Positions 46,435 through 56,638 of a stretch of DNA of 64,000 nucleotides are shown here, piece after piece (within the stretch, counting starts at the first letter, position 1; every line of letters starts with the position of its first letter). Origin of the DNA: Klebsormidium nitens. Taxonomy: Eukaryota; Plantae; Klebsormidiophyceae. Under the pieces are notes generated by a model, which saw nothing but the letters and a program-made list of their open reading frames with translations, made no database searches and was not told the DNA's origin. Both the position numbers and the translations under genes were made by a program. Location of the stretch: the NCBI GenBank assembly GCA_000708835.1, contig DF237321.1, forward strand, positions 26,334-90,333, given 5' to 3'.

Positions 46435-49117
46435 ATGGCTGAGCATTTGGCTTCCATCTTCGGGACAGAGAAGGATCGCGTCAATTGCCCTTTCTACTTC
46501 AAGATCGGGGCGTGCCGGCATGGAGACCGGTGTTCAAGGCTGCATAACAAGCCCACAGCCAGTCAGACACTGCTTCTCTCCAACATGTATCAAAGTCCTG
46601 AAGCAGCTTACCAAGCGAACGGAGGAATCGGGCCTGACGGAAGGCCCCTACCACAGCTGGATCCAAGGAGGCTACAGGAGCATTACGAGGTACCTACTGG
46701 CTTGTCGCTCAATTTCTGTTGTTCAAGAATGTCTTTGTTGCAGGAAGGCAGTGGTCAAATCCAGCAGTTTTGATTGGGTAAGAATGCCTTTGTTGTAGAA
46801 ATGCAGTGGGTAAATCGTCTCGATTGCTGTACGAAGCAGCTTGAATCTGCACACTTTGGGTCTGATATATTGCCTGAGTCTTTGCCTGCTTTTGTGCTCA
46901 AGTTACGTATGTATCGTACGGAATGAAAAAGATGATAAAGATGCTTTTTGAATCTTGTCGCTGCCTGTGAGTGACTAGCTGGTAATGGTGCTCAGCATGT
47001 GCCTATGCTTCAGAGGAAGTACACCTAGTGTATGCTTGTGATGTACCCGCATGAAGATAGTTGTTCTACCTTGATTTTCTTGTGGTATTTGACATGTGCA
47101 TCTCATGCCTCTGTTGCTGATACTTGCGTGTTTGTATCAGGATTTCTATGAGGACATCTTCTACGAGCTGGGCAAATTTGGGGAGATAGACAATCTGGTT
47201 GTCTGTGCAAACATGGCAGATCATATGGTAAGTCTGGTGCGGTCACCCGGTGGCTTCACTGTGTGCAGGATTTCTATGAGGACATCTTCTACGAACTTAG
47301 CAAGTATGGAGAGATCGACAACCTCGTGGTGTGCGCTAACATGGCCGACCACATGGTACGTGAGGTAGCACTAAGAAGGATCGGTCACAGAGCAAACTCC
47401 ATCGCAATTGCTTCGAAGTTGATTTGACAATCTCGTATATTTGAATCGTTTTTCTTGTACCTTAATGCTTTGGCTTGCATTACGCAAATTCAAACTGCTT
47501 CGCTGTGGACGAAGTTGCCCGAGTTAATTTCCATAACTTATCGTGCCATCCTAGCAGTTGTCTCTTGCAGCCCTGGATGTTCTTGCTCCCCTGGTCCAGG
47601 CTCACTAACAGAGAGGTTTTCGCCAGGTTGGCAACGTGTATGTGAAGTTCAAGGAGGAGGAGCAGGCGGCTGCTGCTTTGGCTGCCCTTTCTGGCCGCTT
47701 CTATGGAGGTGAGGATTTAGAGTCCCTGTCATTGCCCCTGTAGTTTATTTTATTCAGTCCGCTGCATCCAAAACTTCGCTACCTCTTCTTATCAGAATCT
47801 TCGCTACCTCTTCTTACTCTGCTCTTCGGTATGTCAGCATAGTCAGGCGCGATTCTAGCTTCGTTCACGATCAAGTGTGCCTGGCTGGCTGTGTTGTCTA
47901 GCTTTTGATCATCTGAAGCTGCTTATGTCACAGGATTCCTTTAATGGTGAGCTCTTTTACTAATCGGCTCAATGCTGTCCCTTTGCAGGACGCCCTATCC
48001 TTGTCGACTTCTCCCCTGTCACAGACTTCCGTGAGGCCACCTGCCGGCAGCACGAGGAGACTGTGTGCAACCGCGGCACCTACTGCAACTTCATGCACGT
48101 CAGGAAGATCAGCAGGTCAGTGATTATGCTCTGCGAGAGCCCTTTTCTATTGTGCTTGAATGGTATACTGTTAAGACTTCATTGTGTTGCCACTTTGCTT
48201 CAATGCCTTGTGAAGAAGTCTAAGTACACTTGCCTGGGCTTTTTGACTTTTTGCTTTGTTCTTATTGTCTCGTCTGTACGTACTGGGAAGCTGACACTAG
48301 AATCTCTCGTGTGTGCAGAGAACTGAGGAAGAAGCTGTTTGGCAGCTATGAGAGGAGGCGCAGTCCAAGCCCTGTTGGACGGTAAGTCTTATTCACATCT
48401 GGTATCTGTACTTGTCATTACGATGTTCGTTGTTTAGTGTAGCGGTCTTCGAAACATGCCTGGCTTTCCGTTTATCCCATTTGTTACCTTAGATTAAGAT
48501 CCTGGAAAAAGAGACTCGAGTAAATCATCTGATTTTCTCGCAAGGTTTTGCGCTTACTCAGTCAGCAAGAATCCATCATCAGCGCTTTCGTTCTGAATGC
48601 TCAGGTATATCTCATGCCACTCGATTTGTTTCTTCGCAGAATCTCCTCAAACTGTTGGTCTAGGCCATTGCTACTGTCATCCTCGCCAGTCGTGTTCGTT
48701 GCCGCTTACTAATTGTTGATCATTTCTGTATGCAGGCGTGGCGGCTCTGACCGATACGACGATCGCCGAGGCCGCGGCGGGGGCGGCGGCGGCGGGGGCG
48801 GGGGTTACGACCGATACGACGATCGTCGAGGATACGGCGGTCGGGGGGGTGGCCGCGGGTATGACGACCGGCGGGGGGGTTACGATGACAGGCGTGGTGG
48901 CGGTGGGGGGTATGATCGCAGAGATGACAGGGGCCCCCCGCGAAGAGAGAGGGAGAGGAGCATTAGCCCGGTTCGGCGGAGATCACCCAGCCCTGTGCGT
49001 GAAGGAAGCGCGGAGCGTAGGGCCAAGATTGAGCAGTGGAATAGGGAGAGGGAGGAGAGGGATGCAGCGGCGGCGGGGGGTGCTCCGAAGACTGAGGGGG
49101 CGCCGGGGACGCAGTAG
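46435..49117 (+). CDS. U2AF35: Splicing factor U2AF small subunit (U2AF35)
   Basis: Exons 46435-46689, [47141-47227 or 47269-47355], 47627-47708, 47989-48115, 48319-48381, 48736-49117. Motifs: [40 protein letters not shown] (ZnF1), UHM with [28 protein letters not shown] (ZnF2), Arg/Gly/Asp-rich tail. Confidence 0.97.
47141..47355 (+). other. Tandem duplicated 87-nt coding exons, putative mutually exclusive pair
   Basis: [29 protein letters not shown] versus [29 protein letters not shown]. Both have CAG acceptors and GT donors and are separated by 41 nt. Confidence 0.88.
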
Positions 49118-51381
49118 AGGGGATCCCCTGGTTCGTGGACTGCGGGCCTTTTCTCTGTTCTTTTGCAGATGTCTCGCGGAGCGCTTAAGAGGATGACGAA
49201 GGCACATGATTCTGTCAATGAGTCTTGATAGTGGAGAATTGCAGATGACTAGGGCGACATGCACAGGGTCTTGCTTGTTCAGGTTGCAGGGAGTTGCAGT
49301 TACTTGCCATGCAGGTCTGCAGGATAAGTGTACGAGAATTCACTATCAGGGCCTTTCCAGCCACCGTCATTGCAGGTCTGCAGCTTAAAGAGATCAAGGA
49401 GTTAGCTCTTCCGCCTTCTAATCCAAGTACATAGGTCTGCTCCACTTTCAGAACATGTTGAATTTTTTTTTCAGCTTGCACGGCTTCGACTCTTGTTGCT
49501 GTTTCTGCATCGTAGGCTAGGGACAGGTGTTGACCCAACGTTGCTCTGCAGGTGGTCAGTTTGAGCAGGGCGCAGGAGGAGGCGCAGGTGCACAGGTGGA
49601 CTAGCAAGTGGCTGACGGTTTGGTTAGCGTGCAGGGATTGCACTGCAGGGAAAGTTGGAAGGGTTGCCTTATGCATGCAGGTTGCAGGTAGTAAGGGCAC
49701 ACGTGCAACTGCGAGTCGCTTGTCAGAAGAGTGCAAGGTATCTTGTGGATCTGCGTCTAAGATTGTCCCAGCTTGATTCGTGCATCAGACCAAGAACTCT
49801 CAAGCAATGCTAGAGCACTTGGCTTTTCTTGTCCAAAACGTTTGTTGCTGCATTATCCGGGTGTAATGGCTGAGCATAATTAGTGACCAGAGTCTGGCTT
49901 CTTCTTTTAATGCTGCAACGGTGTTGCATCGGGTGATGCATCTAGATGGAGTGTGGTGTCTTCAATGCATAAAGGGTTCATTGTTGCAGCTGGATCTAAC
50001 AGCGGAGTGCAAGAATTTTACAAAAGTATAGTAGGAGTTGCTCTACTTTTGGGGCAACTATTGTATATGTACGATGTACGATCACAGTGCTCCATTGCTC
50101 ATGAGATGTTGTTCAAGGTCCAATTCATGGTGATATATGGATTGAGATGATTATTTGTGTGAGACACTTTGGACATGCGACGTTTGCATCATGCATGGCA
50201 AGTGCTTCAAGTTGGACTTGTGTTTGTGTTGTCTTGGATCCATCAGGCGCGGCCGGTTCTTGGTGAATTCCTCTCTTTTGACAATCCGGGGTGGCTGCCG
50301 ATAAACTTCAAATGTGCCATCATGGCATGATGTGGATGTGGACAGTTCAGATGTCTTTAGAAGAGATTGATTATCATGGTCGAACTTCCTTGTTCGGGGG
50401 CACAAAACCCTGTTGCCCAATGCAAAATTCATGAATCAATTTGAAATCGAGTCATTGAGACATCTTCATTCAATGATACATCAGATATCATATCTCAAGC
50501 TTCCCGTTGTCCGTTGAGAATATCGTCTTATGCATGTTTGCAAGGACAAATGGAGCGCCATGCATCCATAGAGCTCTAGTCGGCAGAAATTTGAGCCCCT
50601 CTATTCTACATGCCGTGACATGCTCAAAACATGCTTCTCTAGGCGGTTTGGAGCAGCCGCGCGGGCATGCTTTAATTCAAGCACATGACCAATCTGGGAC
50701 CAAAAGTCTTCGAAAGAGCAAGGGGGAAACTTGATAGCGACCAGTGGAAACCTATTTGGGGGGGATAATGAATGACTAAAAATTTTCATGCATATAACCA
50801 AATTCATCATGACATATATAATATTAACGCTTGGCCGATCCACATGTGATCATGTTCACTTAAGCGACGTCAATCGAACGCCGACCTCATATAGCACGAA
50901 TGGAACATGCATTTCTCAGCAAAGCTTGAGGGAGAAGTTTTCAATGGGCATGCGCCATTACTATTTGACAAAACGGCAAAGAAAAGCATCGAACTCAAGA
51001 CCTTGAAAGGTTTGCATAATGTACGGATACAACAGGCACGAGCGGCCATAACAAAACAGAGGATCAAAGCAGAGCTGAGAGGACATTGTATCATGCCGCC
51101 TCTTGAGTGGGACCACAATGACATTCCTCTTAACAAGTCGGAAATACGTCCAACTCATAGTCTACCCTTCTTAGCTTAGACGTACAACGACATCTGTCCA
51201 AAGACCTCTACTTTTGGAATAAGAGTGTATCTCTGTTCTATCTGAAAAGTCCTTTCTTGTAAAAGCGGTATAACCAATGTATAACCAGCCGGCCCAGACA
51301 ACATGGAAGGGGCCAATTGGCTGGAGCAACTGCCGATTTTTTTGTCGACATTGATTATATACCAGCCGGCCGGTCAGGCCG

Positions 51382-52475
51382 TCACGTATATAGATCTTCT
51401 ACCACAGTGGGTGATCCTGCTCTAATTCGAAAATATCGTGCAAGAACGCCTCTGAATACAAACCCGCGCTTGTCATCTGTAAGGGGACATAGTACTGAAA
51501 AAACCAACATCAAAACAGTCCACCCTGCCGAGATTTCAGCAAAGAGGGTAAAGTAACTGATTGGCCAGACCTGTACAAGTTTCGTTTCTCCTCGTGGATC
51601 TAGCACGATCCGAGCCCGGGGTCGACCGTAAGGCCAACATGGTGGATTGCATTCACCAAAGTTAGGCCAGGAGTCCACCTTTGCAAAAGCTGCGCTTGTT
51701 GTCTTGGACCCATTCAAAAATACGCGGGTTGTCATACCAACCTCATATGCCCCATTGCTGTAATCATCGTAGTAACTCAGGTACCCTCTCCCAAGCAAGA
51801 GTGTCTCGTTCTCATAACTGGCTTGAATGCTTGCAAAGGAATTTACATTTGGCAGGCCAAATGCAGTCATCTGACACATCAATGTAATTCCATATTGATA
51901 CTTCTCATCTTTACCAACAACCATTTGCGAGTCCACAAAAACGCAGATGGAAGGATCATCTGTAACCCAGGTGTTATAATCTCCAGCATACTTGAAAAGA
52001 TAGGCCCTGGAAAACAGATTCGGGGTGTCGACAATCAATGGTATCCTCCGAGATCCTCCATTCAAACCGGTGCTTGCATATACTAGGCCTTGACCAGAAC
52101 TTACTGCGCCACTCCCCGCGCCAGTAGTCGCAGCTGTCTCCAACACACTGATGGCTCCCAGTGGGTTTGTCAAGGTGCACGTAAGCGAGATATTCACCAC
52201 TCTGTCAAGATAAGGTGACACTGGATTGGACCCCAGTCTACAGTGGCCGGCGCGCTATTAGTGTTGGTGACCAGACGCTGGCATATAGTAAACCCTGGAA
52301 ACACGGTTTTGGTTGTCGATATCGACACTGATGTGGGAGGATTTTCACTGCACTGATATGCAATCACAAACGCCATAGTGATAAACGGGACATATCCAAG
52401 GAGCAGAAGTCCAAAGATTAACCAAGCACATCTCCGTTGTGACTTTTCCACCGCTTGAGGGACTAGTACAGCCAT
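51382..52475 (-). CDS. Compact DEG/ENaC-like two-transmembrane protein; reading frame interrupted near 52200-52260
   Basis: ATG at 52475; TM1 AWLIFGLLLLGYVPFITMAFVIAY; then ENPPTSVSISTTKTVFPGFTIC (compare the DEG/ENaC 'FPAVTIC' signature). Cys-containing ectodomain, then ETKLVQVWPISYFTLFAEISAGWTVLMLVFSVL (compare the pre-TM2/TM2 'E..EQV.AY....LL.DIGG.LG'). Two overlapping frames (52194-52511 and 51382-52221). Confidence 0.6.
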
Positions 52476-52856
52476 CGTGATCCAGCTAGCAAGCGCAACC
52501 CCTGCCCACACCGCCTATACAGGCAAAGTTGGTGAATCAGCTAGTGGAACACCTCCCTTTTCAGCTGCTTGTGAGTGGTAGCTACTATGTATGGTTAGCT
52601 GTAAGGAACCTGAATATGAGTCGTTGATCTGCATAATGTGCACAGTATGATGACATCAATGCAGTCACGGCCAGTGCACAATCGCAATGCCTCACATTGG
52701 ACTTTCCGGAATAGATTATCCTCCTTCGAAAACACGGAGTTCCTGCAGTGACGGAAGCACACGTCATAGTCCGGAACGCGCTTTGCCAACGGTCAATGTT
52801 ACGAACCTCAAAAATCTTTCGGCATCGAAGATCGGTCCAAAAGGTCCTCGATAAAT

Positions 52857-52905
52857 CATGTTTTTGAAAGGCGGCGGCGGTCGGCGACCGCCTTTCGAAA
52901 ACATG
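52857..52905. repeat. 18-bp-arm inverted repeat
   Basis: CATGTTTTTGAAAGGCGG (52857-74) pairs with CCGCCTTTCGAAAACATG (52888-905), one mismatch. Confidence 0.8.
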
Positions 52906-53600
52906 TTTTACGATCATGACGTCCGATCCGCGATCGAGCGGCTCAGATTCACCTTCCGCGCGGTTCGGCCGAAAGTTATGACGTCAAAGTGTACCAAGTG
53001 TACCAGTTTGTACATCCACGTGGTCTCCGCCGAAACTGGCGATGCATTCGACAGCGGTTTTCCCAATGTGAACCCAGCTTCGGAACTCGTTGGTACAACG
53101 TCATCACACGTCATCTGGGTACAACTAAAAACAAAGCGAAAGTTGATCGAAAGCCCAATGTGAACCCTCTCCAGCTTTCTCCCAAATTTTTGCCTCCCTT
53201 ATTGACATGTCAACATGTTCCAAAAACGGTAAGGCATTTTTATTCGTGATCCTATTGGCCGAAACCCTTACCGGGTTGACCGGGTTGACCGAGATCGAAA
53301 TTCGAGCGACTAACCCCCTACTAACCCTAACAGATTCCCTGCTTCGAATACAAGAAACCCTTATAAACTCCACACGTAACCCTTCATCGCAAAATTTCTA
53401 AGGGGGAGGACATTCTAGTTCTTCCAGGGCGCTGAAATTCAGTGGGGGGCGCAAACTAATAAAGCGGTACAGGGGGGAAGGTTTCTTAGCTCGGACGGGT
53501 TACTTGTTAACCCAAGATCTTTGATACGCACGGGCAGACGGCAGGATCTTTTGCCAACGAATGGTGGCGGTCGATATTACCGTAATCGGCGGTCGCATAT

Positions 53601-54424
53601 GATTTGCCGACGAGTGGACTGCGGTCAAAAACTAGGACGACACAATCCGCCTTCGGCGGATTTAGCAGCTCGCCTCTTTATAGAAAGCATTATAAAATAG
53701 AAAAGCTTCAATGAGGGTGGGTGGGAGGGCGCCCCGATTCGCTTGCGTGGGGCGGGTGGGAGGGCAAGATTGATTCCCGTGCGGGCCCCGGTACAATATT
53801 GAGCATTTTAGGTTGCACTAAAACCAAAGATCTGAAGAGTTTCTAGTCACATCATATGAGACTCTTGCGTTTGGGTGGGTGGGAGGGCGCCCCGGTCTAA
53901 AGTATGATAGCAATTTTCATCTCAGAGCTGACCGGAGCAATACCCCACGCAGCAGTTTCCGATGTACTGCTAAAATCAGGCCAAACGCGGCCAAACGGAA
54001 ATTGTCGTGCGTCCCGGCACCGCCGGGAAAAATGGGTTAAACTGGCGCGTTAGACCTTAACACGATTCAAAGGTGAAAAAAGGAGCTTAAGGAAAAATCT
54101 CAAGTTGGTTTGCCCTTTCCCGAAAAAACCGCAAAAACACGGCGTTGGATTATGTCGTATGACGAGGAACGGCCCATTAGATCTTTTGGTTCTCGTTGGT
54201 AGGATTTTGCTGTACATTAAGGCCTTACTCACAGTGGATTTCACAGAATCCTAAACTTTTCGAAAATACACAGTATGACGCCACCGGCGAATTTAACCAC
54301 CTGACACGGTGACGTCGTACAGCGAAATAAAATGCCAGACGGACCCCACATCCGGATGACCGCTACAGCTCGCCCCATATAAGTATGGGCGAGCTAAAAA
54401 AAAAAAAAAAGATTTGCCGACGAG
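53601..54424 (+). mobile_element. Non-autonomous non-LTR retroposon (SINE-like or 5'-truncated LINE 3' UTR), 796 bp
   Basis: Exact 14-bp direct repeat GATTTGCCGACGAG at 53601-53614 and 54411-54424; A15 tail at 54396-54410 abutting the right copy; stem-loop AGCTCGCCC-CATA-TAAG-TATG-GGCGAGCT just before the tail; no recognisable protein ORF. Confidence 0.88.
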
Positions 54425-56638
54425 AGCCCGGGGCTAGGCCTCGGGGGACGATCTCTCAGTCGAGTCCGAACGGCGATTAAACTCCTGAGGCTGCAGGGTA
54501 TGTGGCTGCCGTCACGGTTGGGCCGGGGCGCTGTGATTCTGACCGGTAGGATGAATCCCCGAGAGTGATATGGCAAGTCATGGGACCATCGACGAGACAA
54601 GCCGCGGTTGTTTCTTTGGCCCTGTTACTGTTTACAGGCGCAGCGCTCTCGCCAGGGTCTCGCCACCGCTATGGCTTATAGTAATATCTCAATACCTATC
54701 TCAGTTTCAGTTGTTGCATGTAGGCCCTGCCCCGAAACGTCGCTGTAAGCGCTTGTCCTAGGGCACAAAGGTCAAAAAAGACACCTGTATTCCGTTAGTG
54801 CACCAAGTATTGTCCTGTGCACGGAATCCAGGCACGGAATGTCTTGTAATCATGTAAGTTAGATTTTCTAAATTTGCTCTGCATCTACAGACTACATAAA
54901 TACGAAAGCTTGTAACAACAAGATTTCCACTCGCATACGAGCGATGAGTAACAGTATCTGCATTTCCGACTCACAAATTGGAGCTGATAAGTTCGTGTTT
55001 GAAGTGTCGCCGTCATTGCGTTTGACAGGGTGGTAATCAAGAGGGCTGACAAGAGGAGACCCGCATTGCCTTGGCCGAAATTAGACAGCACTCTGCAATC
55101 AGTATTGCAGCTACATACAAGTACAGACGTAGTGAGAACCAATCTGCGGCAGCCCCGATTGTGGGTCAAGCCGGTGAGCATTGCATCTGCATGCACGAGG
55201 TCGAAGGAGATGGAACGGCTGGGGCTTTAATGATAGCTGGGACTGATGCTTGGTGCAAAATGTGGCCATTAGAGTGCCGGCGTGTTCTGAGAGGTGATCT
55301 ACCATGAAGATTGAGCTCAGGTTAGAATGCTGGTAAGTTGCTGAGGTAACCAACCTACCCATGCCCTTTCCAGGCTCCTGAGTCTTTCAGGCCGGAAGCG
55401 GGTGAGAGAAGTGTGCTCAATTTTCAGCTGACTACAAGAACCTGATTACAGCCCTGAGCCGACCAAAATGGACCAGCTCTGTGTGGCACATGATACCAGG
55501 GCCCTTATCAACAGCCCTTGATATGGCATCTTGTGAAAGTTTCTCTATGATCCTACAGAAAACCACCTGAACTACCGCTTCAGAACTATTGCAGCCAGGC
55601 GTTGCTCTTTTGTGGTTGCACCAACGGTGAACTTTTGGTCAACATTGCATGTTTCGTTGAGAAACAATTTAGCTGCTAAGATCCAATACCTCAGAAGTGT
55701 AGCTCCGAAATCAAAAGTTGCTTGACGCCTAAGAGCTGCGGGACGTGACACTGGACGGGAGCACTAATCTGAGGTGCAGGTAATCACAAGATTTAGTCTC
55801 AGGCCGAAATCTTGCTCTGATTCCACCAGGTAGAAAATGTTGATGATTAGCGGACTACCGCAAGCAGGACGAAAGTGACGTTTCTGGATCATCAACCAGG
55901 CGCTGGGGACAAGGTAAGATGCAAAAGTGCTGTGCATCAATCCGCTTTCTGTGCCAGAATCTTTTGGAGCATCACAGACAATGGCACTTTCGCTGTCAGT
56001 AGTTCTCAATCAAGAATTAAATGTGGGATTGAAGAAGTTAGCTACTTGCCTAACCCCTTCCCTCAAAGACAATGGCATTCAAGACTATGTCTGCATACTC
56101 TCACATAACAGTAATACTCGTTCAGAAAGCCCTACGATTGTATGCTTACTGCAACAAAACAAGCACTGTGACAGCAAACAGGAGTACCTGGTCAAGAGCC
56201 TGAGACGACAACGAAGCTACGCCAAAGAGAATCCCAGATTCACATCTCAATCCTCAATGTCCCGCCCTCCACTTGTTCAAGCACCCCGTGATTTTGAACC
56301 ATCTTTCACCTAGTATCATGCTGCATAGTAAATCACAGGATCCCTAACTCACCACTTTCAAATTCTTCAATATCCTCTGACAGAAATAAGGTTCGGACCC
56401 CACACTGATTCTCAGAAGTGAAAGTAGGAGCAAAAGATCAATCTTCGAGTTCCTACAGAGTTCACATCACAAGCAAACGCTCTTCAGACCATTCTTATTA
56501 TCCCCAAGCTCTTTATGCATTCTTTGCCTCGTCCGAATGCTTCAGTTCGTCAAAAGATTGAGACCCGAAAGCTGCCTCACAGTCTTAGTCTGAACAACAG
56601 CTCAATTGACGACACTTGGAATCCCTCAACTTTGCAGC

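Noticed and set aside
50907-51179. 90-aa ORF in the accessory island
   Set aside because: No motif recognised; mentioned only as part of the island.
53310-53335. Telomere-like TAACCC motifs
   Set aside because: Only one or two degenerate units.
55030-56630. Scattered splice signals and short ORFs upstream of the TSNAXIP1-like exon
   Set aside because: Candidate exons contain stops in all frames or lack homology; probably 5' UTR, and not modelled.
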